From Octopus sinensis (Eukaryota), in assembly GCF_006345805.1 (NCBI RefSeq), contig NC_043000.1:15996001-16060000 (forward strand): a stretch of 64,000 nt of DNA. The letters are read 5' to 3'. How positions within the stretch are numbered: position 1 is the first letter of the stretch; each line of letters begins with the position of its first letter. Below, piece by piece: positions 49,759 through 62,760 of this stretch. The notes beneath the pieces were generated by a model, which was not told the DNA's origin, searched no databases, and saw nothing but the letters and a program-made list of their open reading frames with translations. Position numbers and translations under genes: made by a program.

Positions 49759-49879
49759 TTAAATAATAAAGCACTAGGTACACAATCTGTTAACTAGAGT
49801 ATTGTCATAGATAGAACACTTTTCACCATACCCTAAAAGGCTGCCCTTGTTTTAAACAAAAACTCAACGAATGAATGAC

Positions 49880-50260
49880 TGAATATGCCCATCCTCATAG
49901 TTCTAGGTTGAGGGACCCTCAGACAAAATCACTGCTCTTCACCACACCCCATGGTCTCATGCTATATCAAGACATTCCACCAGAGTTCTCCCCCATTCAG
50001 TCATTGATGGAATCATTCCATCATTTCTGCCATCCATGAAACTGCTTTCTGTCCAGCCAACCCCAACAGATACAGGTACAGAGCTTCTGGGCCCCAATGA
50101 CATGACCCCAATATGGCAGTTTTTGTTGTCTGACCATTGTCACCAACTTTCATTTCTCTCCCATCTCCTCTAGAACTAAATCGTTTGTTTCAGGGGTTAT
50201 CCATCTGGTCTATAGTGCTTGCCCATAATGTCATCTCTAATACTCTCATGGTAAAGTGAG
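49880..50260 (-). mobile_element. Degraded RTE/BovB-like LINE fragment
   Basis: KLPYWGHVIG-like motif (RTE KL.YFGH..R) plus a W..W-like end. Confidence 0.5.
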
Positions 50261-51546
50261 CAAGGAAACAAGAATTACCTGTAAATAAAAGCTAAAAACT
50301 AGGCAGCTAAACGTCACATGAATTTATTTCAATCTGTTTAAATTCCTTGTTACATTGCAAACATTCCTATATAAGATAATTTTTTTGCAGCGTGGAAGGT
50401 CTTTATAAGCCATTTAAGAAACACACAAAAACCGTTAGATTCACTTCGTTCCAGCACACAATTTCAGATCAGGACACTTGCTATGCAAGTACATCTCTGA
50501 TAATTTTTTTGTTTTTGTTTTAGCATATAAACACTTATCATCATACCATCATAACTTTCATAAGTTTTGCTTCAGTTTAAACAGGTTCGAATTCAACTAC
50601 CTTGGAACACGGGAATCTACCGTGTGTCTTAGCACAGTTGATAAATATTAATCTAATAACAGGTTTTATTTATTTATATGTATGTATTCCCTGATCTTTT
50701 TCTGCAAGTGACTTTGGTAACATTAGTGTCAGAAACACAAAATAGGCTCTGAGTTCTGAGTGACTGGCATTAGGAAGGGCATCTACCTGGAGAAACCAAG
50801 TCAATGCTGATACTAGAGCTCAGCACAGCCCTGCAGCTCACTGGGTCCTGTTAAACTATTCACCCCAATCCAGCATGGAAAACAGGTGTCCAATGATATT
50901 GATGGCTGGTCCCTTGACACTTCTCACAATGTCTTATTATTTTGGCATTAAGAAAATTCTTCTTATTCTACAAATTACACTAAAAAGAGAATTCGAAGGA
51001 GATTTAACAAATGCTATAGCCATGAGAGTGGGACAAGCAAATCTAAATATCCAGTCTTCGAAGAGTGGGAATGGAGTGGCAGTATTAATTATAATGCTTA
51101 ATATAATGAGATACAATTGGAATTTGTTCACAAATTGTACCATTTAGAATCTAGAACAGTTTCTTTTTTTTTTTCTTTCTTTCTTTAAGTCGTAAATCAC
51201 AGAAAAAGACAAAAGAAGAAAAAAAAACCCAGCAACATGTAGTTAATTAGACTAGAACGTTCTTATTTCTTTGTTAAGTGAAACTGTACAAAATTGTTTC
51301 ACTGCCTCATTAATTGTTGATGAATAAAACTTGTCTGCTGGTAAAGTGACAGCACTATAATAGCAGCCTGCAAAAAAGACAGCCACTGGGGTTTAAGTAA
51401 CTACAGTACTGCTGACACTCGAATATCATTACTTAAAATACAACTACAGACACACGAGTTTGTCAACTTAAAGTACAGCTACCAACACTTGAGGTTAAAT
51501 AACGTAGTCTTGACAGTTAGCTCTTATTATATTTTTTATGATTAAA

Positions 51547-51940
51547 CTAGCAGTATCGCCCGGCGTTGCTCGGGTTTGTAAGGGAAATAACTATATAAGC
51601 ATTTTTAGAGTTATAGCCAAAAAATAGCAAAAAAATGCATTAAAAATGGGGAAAAAATTATGGTAATTTTTTTTTTTAATCGTTGACTCATCGTAGACAT
51701 TTTTAGAGAGTTACTTCCCTTATATAATAGCGAAAAAATGCATTAAAATGGAAAAAAATGATGGTAATTTTTTTTAAATCGTAGACTCATCGTAGACGCA
51801 CGCTAATACCCAGAAGGGCTTGATATGAATCACGACTATAAGATACCCGGTTTTGGTTAAACTGCACCGCAAAATGTGGCAGTAGTTAGGAATCTAAATC
51901 GTAGGAGACAGACACACAACTTCACTTTTATATATAAAGA
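51547..51940 (-). mobile_element. Non-autonomous Helitron, subfamily alpha
   Basis: Same termini in reverse complement; colinear with the 16421 copy. Confidence 0.82.
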
Positions 51941-51992
51941 TATTATTAGGAACTGTATAATAAAAATGTTTTGTAGAAGCAGAACCAATTTA

Positions 51993-52368
51993 TCTCTATA
52001 TATATAAAGCTGAAGTTGTCTGTGTATGGCAGGTTTGGTAGCCTTCAACTAACACTATCTCCTCCGAGACCCTGCAGTGCAAGTTGACCAAAATTGAGAG
52101 TATGATAGAAGAAGGCTTCCATAGAAAAAAAAATTCAAATCAGACCATGTTAACACCAAAAATTATTTACATCAAAAAGGTGCTTTTTTTCTATGAAAAT
52201 CCCTATTTTTTACGATTTTTTTGACTGCTGTGTCTCCATTTTTTGGTGTATTTCAACCAGAAAAATGTTCACTTAAAGAGAATAACAAGCTACATAATTT
52301 TTACTTTCCAAAAATTCCAATTCTAAAGGGGCGAAACAAATCCAAGCAACGCCGGGCGATATTGCTAG
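51993..52368 (+). mobile_element. Non-autonomous Helitron, subfamily beta
   Basis: A|TC...gcaacgccgggcgatattgCTAG|T. Confidence 0.8.
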
Positions 52369-53256
52369 TTGTACATAAATTTTAACAACAAAATATTATA
52401 CAGACCCCAACAAGGGCCACTTTTAATAACATTGCAGAGGTTCTGCAAAATGCTTTTTTAAAATAAACATACCAGTTACACACACACATTCACCTTGTAC
52501 CTTGAGGGTATGCTCACACCATCTATTGTACCCTCTTTCTCTAGTAGGGGATGGGGGCTGAGTATTCACCTCCTCAGTAAGACACCTCTTCCTGTCCCTC
52601 TGTCATACTTTCACATTATTCAATACTATACCCCACTCAGTTGAGGGAATCTCGTCATGTAAGTACTTGGTGACCTCTCCAGTGCTGGTGACACAAAAAA
52701 AAAATGTTTAAACCCAGTACACTCAGTAAAGTGGTTGATGTTAAGAAAGACACCAAGCAGTAGAATTTGTGCCAAAGCAGACCTTGGAGCTTGCCTACAG
52801 CCCTCTTCCATGTTTGTTCCATTCAAGCCTTCCAACCCATGCTAGCATAGAAAAAGGATGTTACAGAAAAACTAAAGACAAAGACAGGTGTACGAACAAC
52901 AAGCAAATGTATTAGTTTGATGCTCAAGAAAATGAAAAGTCATTTATGTTTCAAGCCTATGCTCTTCAGCAGGAAGGAATAAGAGAAAATAAACAGAGAG
53001 AGAATGAAAAAGAAAAACTTGTAGATTTCAGTGGTCCAGCAATAGATACATATATTCATTGTCAAAACAATCAAGCATTTCTTCCTAACACAAAAATGGT
53101 TGGCTGATTAGATCAGTCAAATCATCTTTTAAGAGTTGATATGTTAATAAATTCATATTAAAATCTCTGCTGAAAACTGAATGATAGCTTGAGAGAAAAG
53201 ACCCATCATAGGTTTTATATAAAACCTTTTAAGTTGTATTCCAAATACTGGTTTAA

Positions 53257-53477
53257 CCCTTTAGTGTTTAAACTGGCCAAATCCGGCCCAATATATTCTA
53301 CATATTTTATATTCAAACTGGCGATGTCTAGCCTCTCACACCTAACCTACAATGCCATTCTAAAAATAAGTAATCACATCATTGAAACCTCAGAGCTGTA
53401 AGATGATCCAGGATTAATTCAAAACAATTTGAGTGAAAAAGTATTACATTTAACAGAGTAATCTGAACACTAAAGGG
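53257..53477. mobile_element. 221-bp piggyBac-like MITE
   Basis: TTAA-CCCTTTAG...CTAAAGGG-TTAA. Confidence 0.85.
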
Positions 53478-54547
53478 TTAATATACCAATAGCTGAAAAT
53501 GGTGGTTACCTTACAAAAAAACAAAAAAGAAAGAATTCCTTAGAAATTTTTATTATTTCGATAATTCATTGAAACATATAGTGCAGTGTTTCACAACCAT
53601 ATTTTACCAATGGAACCCTTTGATTCATATTTTATTCTGGTGGACCCCCCTCCCCCCCCCCAACCCACTCTAGTGTACTGAGATTGACTTTACTCCTGAG
53701 TAAGAATATAAAAAAAAATATGCCAAGTCATATCAAGCAGCCAGTGAGACTGAGTGGGCTCATCAAACCAGGATGATCTCAAGTTCAATTCCACATCCTC
53801 CACATCGGACCATGGTAGGTGGAGAGAACATGATGAGCCCTTTGTCCTGCAGTAGACTGAACAAGAACAATCCAACCTAATCGAATCCATTGGGTATGAA
53901 ACATAGGTTATTTAACCAAAATTATGTTTATTATGTTTTATGGTTATAGCATCTGTCTTGATATGTATTCTCTGAGAAACTATCATCATCATCATCGTTT
54001 AACGTTCGTTTTCCGTGCTAGCACGGGTTGGATGGTTCGACCGGGGTCTGGGAAGCCAGGAGGCTGCACCAGGCTCCAGTCTGATCTGGCAGTGTTTCTA
54101 CAGCTGGATGCCCTTCCTAACGCCAACCACTCCATGAGTGTAGTGGGTGCTTTTTACGTGCCACCGGCACAGAAGCCGGTCAAGGCGGCGCTGGCATCGG
54201 CCACGTTCGGATGGTGCTTTTTTTAAGTGCCACCAGCACAGAAGCCAGCCTACCAATTTATTTAGGCTTATTTAATGGCAAATCATTAGTCATTTCTATG
54301 TCTTTAGATGGCTAATTAGTTCCATCTTTGGTTGACCTTTCTTAAAGCATAGCATTCATGAGTGACACTAGTTTTTACATGCATGATCTATAGGTCATTA
54401 CTATCTCTTCTTTGTACTCTATTCTCAAAATGATTGGAAGAGAACGAAGTTCAGCTTCAAGAACAATTCAACAAGTGTGTGTATGTGCGTATGTGTGTGT
54501 GTATTATGCATGCATTTATTTATGTATGTATGTAATTAGAAGCTCTT

Positions 54548-54862
54548 GTGTTAAGGCAAAGGTTCAGATGGAGTGGTCATCTGGTCAGAATGAAGGATTC
54601 AAGGATGCCAAAACAACTCTTTTATGGAGAGTTAGCTAAAGGAGAACGACCTCCACATAAACCAAAAAAGAGGTATAAGGACTTGCTGAAGGCTTCCTTA
54701 AGAGATGCTTGCATCTCTCCTGACACATGGGAAGGCATAGCTATTGATCGTAGCAGGTGGAGAAGGATTGTGCATGAGGGGACAGCCACTTTTGAGAAAT
54801 CTCGAGTTGCACATGAGAAAGTAAGGAGGGATGTCAGGAAGGTGTCTTCTACTATGCCGTAG
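54548..54862 (+). mobile_element. RTE LINE ORF2 C-terminal fragment, well preserved
   Basis: RWSGHLVRMKDSRMPKQLFYGELAKGERPPHKPKKRYKDLLK...DRSRWRRIVHEG. Confidence 0.88.
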
Positions 54863-55720
54863 GCTGACCAAAACATCGTGAGTGGATTTGGTAGACAGAA
54901 GCTGAAAGAAGCCCATCGTATATGTGCGTGTGTGTATTTCATCATCATCATTTAACGTCTGTTATTCATGCTGGCAGTTTGACTGGGCTGGCACGCTGGA
55001 AGGCTGCACCAGGCTCCAGTCTTATTTGTATGTGTTTTTGTTGTGTTTGCTCCCCCCCACACACACACACACCTATCGCTTGGCAACTGATGTTGGTTTG
55101 CTTATGTCCCTCGTGACTTAGCAGTTCAGCAAAAAAAAAAAGAGTCTGATAGAATAAGTACCAGGTTTTAAAAAAATGAGTACTAGAGTTGATTTGTTTG
55201 TCTAAAGCTCTTCAAGGCAGTGCCCCAGCATGGCCGCAGTCCAATGACTGAAACAAGTCACAAATAGAAGATATATTCTTCAACCCTTTAGCATTCAGAT
55301 TACTCAGTCAAATGTAATGCAGTATTAAATTAAAATAGCCATCTATGCATCATAATGTATATACACTATCAACAGGCCAGTTACTGCAGTATTTGTCCTG
55401 AGATAACATCTCTTCAATTAATTACTTCTGAAATTCAAAATTATATTGTTTTCAATTGATCATGCATTAACTTGTAGCTTTGAGATTTCAATGATATGAT
55501 TGTTTACTTTTAGAATGATATTGTAGCATAGGTATGAGAGGCTGGATATGGCTTAGTTTGAACATATAACGGGTAGAACATTTTGACTAGATATGACCAG
55601 TTTGAATGCTAAAGGATTAAGCCATTGAGAGATTTTGCAGCTGTTATAACAAAGAACTTTGCCAGAATAGATTGGAACTCGGTGCAGCCTTCTGGCTTGC
55701 CAGCCCTCAGTCAAACCTAT

Positions 55721-55933
55721 TTCTTTATTACCCACAAGGGGCTAAACAAGGACAGACATAGGTATTAAGTCGATTACATCGACCCCAGTGTGTAACTGGT
55801 ACTTAATTTATCGACCCCGAAAGGATGAAAGGCAAAGTCGACCTCGGCGGAATTTGAACTCAGAACGTTGCGACAGACGAAATACCGCAAAGCATTTCGC
55901 CCAGCGTGCTAACGTTTCTGCCAGCTCACCACC
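55721..55933 (-). mobile_element. SINE family B nested in an RTE 3'-end copy
   Basis: Host sequence tcagtcaaacc is duplicated on both sides. Other family B copies at about 44600-44815 and 58495-58715. Confidence 0.8.
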
Positions 55934-56860
55934 TCAGTCAAACCGTCCAACCCATGCAAGCATGGAAAGCAGATGTTAAACGATGATGATGATGATGAAA
56001 GTAGAACTTTCTGAAATCTAAATTTTCTGGAATTTTCCATAGGCTTTTATCAAACTTTTTACAGTATCAAAAGATAAGTTTACTACCGAGCTTTTCGTTT
56101 TATTAATTTTAAATTGTCTGACTAAAAAATTTTGTATCATTAGATGAAGACAGAAATGATAAGAGGATAATAAAAAGTAAAAAAAAAATGATGTTATCAT
56201 CACTAGGGACCTGGCTCTTTGGGAATTGGACGACAATTTTTATCTAATCATTTCTTTCCAGACATGTGGTCTACTGATCCTGTGCATGCTGCTTCATCAG
56301 TAAGACCACAATTGCATAGTTATTTCCTATTTAAAGTTACTATGCTTTAGGTTTACTATTAATGCCGCTTGATTGGCTCCCATGCTGGTGGCATGTGAAA
56401 AGCACCATTTGAGCATGGTTGTTGCCAGTGCTGCCTGACTGGCCCTTGTGCCGGTGGCACATAAAAAGCACCATTCAAGCATGGTTGTTGCCAGTACCGC
56501 TTGACTAGCTCCTGTGCGGTGGCACATAAAAAGCACCATTCCAGCATCTGGAACCGCTTGACTGGCCCTCGTGCTGGTGACACATAAAAAGCACCCACTA
56601 CACTCTCAAAGTGGTTAGCATTAGGGGGAGCATCCAGCTGTAGAAACTTTGCCAGAACAGATTGGAACTCGGTGCAGCTTTCTGGCTTGCCAGCCTTCAG
56701 TCAAACTGTCTAACCCATGCCAGCATGGAAAGTGGACGTTAAACAATGATGATGATGATGATGATGAAAGTAGAACTACAAGGTGATTGAAAAGTAATGC
56801 CCTATTTTAAAATACTTCCAAATTATTTATTAATTGTAATTTTTACAAAAAAAATGGATA

Positions 56861-57035
56861 GGCGCAGGAGTGGCTGTGTGGTAAGTAGCTTGCTAACCAA
56901 CCACATGGTTCCGGGTTCAGTCCCACTGCGTGGCATCTTGGGCAAGTGTCTTCTGCTATAGCCCCGGGCCGACCAATGCCTTGTGAGTGGATTTGGCAGA
57001 TGGAAACTGAAAGAAGCCTGTCGTATATATGTATG

Positions 57036-57066
<31 letters not shown>

Positions 57067-57260
57067 TTGTTCCCCTAGCATTGCTTGACAACCGTTGCTG
57101 GTGTGTTTACGTCCCCGTCACTTAGTGGTTCGGCAAAAAGAGACCAATAGAATAAGTACTGGGCTTACAAAAAGAATAAGTCCTGGGGTCGAGTTGCTCG
57201 ACTAAAGGCGGTGCTCCAGCATGGCCACAGTCAAATGACTGAATCAAGTAAAAGAGTAAG
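56861..57260 (+). mobile_element. SINE family A, full length
   Basis: Near-identical to the 17537 copy. Further partial copies at about 46995-47300, 54870-55260, 60295-60615, 61155-61340 and 63690-63930. Confidence 0.85.
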
Positions 57261-59293
57261 AGTATATGGGAAGAAGGCTTTTAGTATAAGGTTTTTACAT
57301 GGCACCAGCACTGGCAGGGTCACCAAGTAACTTACAAGACAAAGATCCTTTGAGTGGAGAAGGGGCATTGGAGGAGGTGACCTTGTGCTAGGTGACGAAA
57401 GGTTAGTGCATGACAAAGAAACAGGTGTCTTGCTGTAAAAGAGATACAGCTTTACTCAGTCAGACAGACAGATCAAGTCATACAATAATTTTCTTGATTA
57501 TCATTGGCCTCTCATTAATAAGAAATAAAAGGTCTTTTCTTTTATACTAATAAAATTTGAGGTTTATGAAATGGATATACAAAGGGCTCTAGTAACACAC
57601 AAGGGGTAAAGTTGGCTTAGATGGAAAATGAAACATGGCTTCATGCTCCATTTACTGATTACTCCCTGTAGCATGGCATACCTGTGAGAAAAACACAGCA
57701 ACAAAGAAAGTAATAATGAAAGTTTATAAATAAACCCACTTCCACAAGGTTTAGAGAGGAAGATGTCACCTCATAAATATGTAAAAAAACAAAAAAAAAA
57801 CAAGCATGCTTCTTATGTACTGTTTGTAGTGAAGCAGATAAAATTAAAATCTTCCCTAAATAAAACAATCAGATGAGAGTTTCTATTTGATCATTTGACC
57901 TGCTAGAAGTTGCAGCCAAATTTCCCTCAAATCAAACCCTATTGTTGTAAAAAAATAGAAAGAAAAGAAATGGACATCTTAAACAACGTAGTCTTTGACA
58001 AAGAAATGATGGGATGGCCATGGATGGAACACCATTAACCATAGATGAGCCAAATTAGAGTTGACCACTTAAGGATAAGCAACAACAGCTAACCTACTTC
58101 AAGCAATATTCCCAAAAGCTAAGTAAGTGAACTAAAACAGAAAATGAGTAAAGTAAACTCTGCTCAAAGACACAATGAAGCATTAGCACTGCACTTGAAC
58201 CCAGAACCTATAAGCAGGTTATCCAATATCTTAAAATTTGACCATCTTATTTTTACAACTCTGTTGATGGAATGGTTCTAACAATCATCATTTCATATCA
58301 GTGTATGATGGTGATGCTCATTTACAACCATCACATGATGGTGACAAGGCAAGAGTGTATACACACACACACACCCATGCATGCACACACACACACATGC
58401 ATGCATGCACACACGCACAATGAATGTCTTCTACCAGCTTTCTTCTATTAAATCTATTCACAAGGCTTTGGTTGGCCAAGGGCTATAATAGAAAGGCGGT
58501 GAAGTGGCAGAATCATTAGCACGCCGGGCAAAATATTTAGCGGCATTTCGTCTGTCTTTACGTTGAGTTCAAATTCCGCCGATGTCGACTTTGCCTTTCA
58601 TCTTTTCGGGGTCGATTAAATAAGTACCAGTTATGCACGGGGGTCAATGTAATCAACTTAATCCCTTTGTTTGTCCCTTCTATGTTTAGCCCCCTGTGGG
58701 CAATAACGAAAGAAAGGGCTATAGTAGAAGACACTTGTTCAAGGTGCTACACAGTGGGACTGAACTCAAGACCACATGGTTGGAAAACAGGCTTCTAAAC
58801 ACACAACCACACCTGTGCCTATACAGATATAAATGAAATCCTAAAATAATTGAAGAGATTGTAAACTTGAGCCAAAAGCAAAGATCCAATTTTTATATGA
58901 AACATGGCAATGGTAGAGCCATTATATCCTACTGTATTGCAGACCTCTTGCACACTACACTACTCTACAGTATACTATATGTAACTGCTTCCAATAGTTT
59001 TTGCATAGGACATTACATGGTTAAAAATTTATATCTTCTGAAACAGGTGCCATAATATCTTAGGAAACATTCCCAGATAATCTGGTAGCTATTCCATAAA
59101 GTGTTAGGTGAGTTAAGTGGAGGTTTTTTTTTTCCTCATTTATTTATTAGCAACACGCTGTCACTGGGTTTCTGGATCCACTTATGTTACATTCCTGGCA
59201 ATAATATCAATTAATTCTCTTCCAAACATTTAATTTGCAGTTAGTCCTCATAGTGTAAAAAAAAATGTGACTTTCTTTTGCTCTCCACCCCAC

Positions 59294-59327
<34 letters not shown>

Positions 59328-59455
59328 GTCAGACTATGAAGATTTTGCCCATAAGGTGTCAACCATCACAACCTGCCATGAAATAAATGTCCTAAACCAA
59401 ATACATAAAAGATTTACAGTGTGTGATGTGTGGATGTAGGCAATCTATCTATCTA

Positions 59456-59490
<35 letters not shown>

Positions 59491-59989
59491 GCATCTGTGT
59501 AGAGCGACAGACAGACAGATAGAGACAGAGATAGATATACATACATATATTTACTTATATATCAAAAAGGAAAAAAATTTATATATATATATGTATGTAT
59601 ATATTATGTATGTATGTATGCATGTATGTATTATATTGTGCCATAATTTCTCAAAGCTGTCAGGTCTCAACATTTCATCCTGACACTTATGACTCCATAA
59701 ACTACAACAACAGCAACTGTAGTAAAGTCTTGTAGTTAACTTAGTTATACGGTATTCACTGGTACACATCAAACAAATAACCTAATCATAAAAACATCCA
59801 CCAAAAGATAGAGACCAATATCTATGGTACTATTAAACACCCGACCAAATAGTTGAGGGTCATAAACTAACAGGATGAGAAAGGGTGGGACAAGGAGAGA
59901 CAGAGTAAAAAAAGTGTCAGACTTAAATGAGAGAGGGAGAGAGAGAGACGGAGGAGGCATGGAGGAGGAGTGTGCAAAAATAATAGCTA

Positions 59990-60084
59990 AACTACATATA
60001 TATACATACAATATATATATATATATATGAATATATATATATATGAATATATATATTGTGTGTATATATAAAGTAAGTGTGCAT

Positions 60085-60144
<60 letters not shown>

Positions 60145-60180
60145 ATATGTGTGTGTATGTATATATATATATATATATCA
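59990..60180. repeat. Long (TA)n-rich microsatellite
   Basis: Direct reading; similar tracts at 15568-15600, 59455-59490 and 60630-60730. Confidence 0.95.
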
Positions 60181-60626
60181 TCGTCGTCGTCGTTTAACAT
60201 CTGCTTTCTATGCTGGCATGGGTTGGACAGTTTGACTGAGAACTGGTGGGCCAGGGGCTGCACCAGGCTCAATCTGATATTGTATGTATATATATATTCT
60301 CTTACTCTTTTACATGTTTCAGTCATTTGACTACAGCCATACTGGAGCACCGCCTTTAGTCAAACAAATCAATCCCAGAACTTATTCTTTGTAAGCCTAG
60401 TACTTATTCTATCCGTCACTTTTGACAAACCGCTAAGTTACGGGGACATAAACACACCAGCACTGGTTGTCAAGCGATGTAGTGGGGGACAAACACAGAC
60501 ACACAAAAAAAATACACACACACATATACATATATGATGGGCTTCTTCCAGTTTTTGTTTACTAAATCCACTCACAAGGCTTTGGTCAGCCTGAGGCTAT
60601 AGTAGAAGACACTTGTGTATGTATGA

Positions 60627-60666
<40 letters not shown>

Positions 60667-60684
60667 TGTGTGTATGTGTATATA

Positions 60685-60732
<48 letters not shown>

Positions 60733-60920
60733 AATTATTAGAGAGTTAACCACTATGTGGATAGCTCTAGTGCTAAAAATAGCTCCGAAGCAACCACAGA
60801 AGATCTGTTTCCAACTAGAATCAACATACATTTAACAGAAGGAAAGTGAAATACAACGAATAAAATAGACTGACTCTGTACAATTGTTTCATTACTAATG
60901 TAATATGTAGTTTTACTTAC

Positions 60921-61050
60921 ACATACATCTATAAATCTTCGGCAGAGTTTGTCTCAAATGCAATTAATTAGATCGATTTGAGCGTCAAAAACACGAGCGG
61001 TCCAACGAATTACATTTTCAGTTATGTCTCAAATTCCGCGCCAAAAGTGC
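60921..61050 (-). promoter_or_regulatory. Possible non-coding first exon / promoter-proximal region
   Basis: Non-repetitive, locally CpG-retaining sequence ending on the minus strand in tandem donor-like GTATGT-GTAAGT (60926/60920). Weak inference. Confidence 0.25.
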
Positions 61051-61111
61051 TAAGCCACTTGGTGTTAAATTAATGGTATTATTAAATTAATATCGATTTT
61101 TCACCCTCATT

Positions 61112-61142
<31 letters not shown>

Positions 61143-61366
61143 TGTGTGTATATACTCTTTTACTTGTTTCAGTCATTTTGAGCATGGCCATGCTGGAGCA
61201 CCGCCTTTAGTTGAGCAAATCAACCCCAGGGCTTACTCTTTGTGAGCCTAGTACTTATTCTATTGGTCTCTTATGCCAAACCACTAAGTTACAGGGACGT
61301 GAATACACCAGCATCAGTTGTCAAGCGATGTTGGAACACACACACATACAATATATATATATTGTA

Positions 61367-61753
61367 TGTGGAAGCACTCCGTCGGTTACGACGATGAGGG
61401 TTCCGGTTGATCCAAATCAACGGAACAGCCTGCTCGTGAAATTAACGTGTAAGTGGCTGAGCACTCCACAGACACGTGTACCCTTAACGTAGTTCTCGGG
61501 TATATTCAGCGTGACACAGAGAGTGACAAGGCCAGCCCTTTGAAATACAGGTACAACAGAAACAGGAAGTAAGAGTGAGAGAAAGTTGTGGTGAAAGAGT
61601 ACAGCAGGGATCACCACCACCCACTGCCGGAGCCTCGTGGAGCTTTAGGTGTTTTCGCTCAATAAACACTCACAACGCCCGGTCTGGGAATCGAAACCGC
61701 AATCCTATGACCACGAGTCCGCTGCCCTAACCACTGGGCTATTGCGCCTCCAC
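61367..61753 (-). mobile_element. tRNA-derived SINE family D
   Basis: Near-identical to 34425-34814. Confidence 0.85.
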
Positions 61754-62249
61754 GTATATTGTATGTACATATATATTGTATCCATTCATCCTATTTTTCT
61801 GGACTCCCATGTTAGCTTGGCGATAACTATTAATATCCAGTACCGCTGCCGTAGTCTCCTTAGAGAGAATTAGAAATAATGATATTTCTACTTTTGAAAA
61901 CCAGTGGATGTATTCCACTGAATTTAGGTAATTAATCCTTCAGCGACGCCTGCTGGGTTCGGCTACTCCACATTGATAAGAGGCAAACACCTCGAAACTA
62001 GTCTGTAGATGCCAGAACAGCAAGGGGAAGCAGCTGACCTCCCCTGTTCAAAGGTTATAATGGACACAGGTTTGTGTGTCACATAGCTAGCTAGAGGCAA
62101 TGGCCTCTTGGAGCTAATCAACGGCAGCATTCGTCCTATTTTTCTGGACTGCCATGTTAGCATGGTGATAACTATTAATATATATATATATATATATATA
62201 TATTTATTTATTTATTTATTTATTATGTGAGTTTGTACATATATATGGG

Positions 62250-62760
62250 CCTCACAAAGGAAATAACGAAAGACCGAGACCTCTGAGATATGCTGTGACT
62301 GTGAAGATTCTACAAATGAAGTGAGTTCATGGCTCGCAGGGTGGCCTGCTGTGCTAAGCTTGGATCGTAGGGTGACCCACTGTGCTGGAGTACGTCAACA
62401 TCAACATCAAAATAAAAATCAAATGGAAATAGTAGTTACGATACCCATGCCAGTGGCACGTAAAAAGCACCATCCGAATGTGGCTGATGCCAGCACCGCC
62501 TGATTGGCGTCCGTGTCGGTAACATGTAAAAAGCACCAACAGATCATGGCCGTTTGCCAGCCTCCTCTGGCCCATGCCAGTGGAATGTAAAAAGCACCCA
62601 CTACACACATGAAGTGGTTGGTGTTAGGAAGGGCATCCAGTTGTAGAAACACTGCTAGATCAGACTGGAGCCTGGTGCAGCCTCCTGGCTTTCCAGACCC
62701 CCTGGACGAACCGTTCAAGCCATGCTAGCATGGAAAACGAACGTTAAACAATGATGATGA
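62250..62760 (+). mobile_element. Longest family C copy, retaining the RTE ORF2 C-terminus
   Basis: With one frameshift it reads GLTKEITKDRDLWRYAVTVKILQMK*, followed by the tandem-unit 3' UTR and (GAT)n tail. Confidence 0.65.

Noticed and set aside
59769-60350. 193-aa ORF and other I/Y-, H/T- or C/V-rich ORFs (e.g. 33785-34141)
   Set aside because: They are translations of (TA)n, (CA)n and (GA)n microsatellites.
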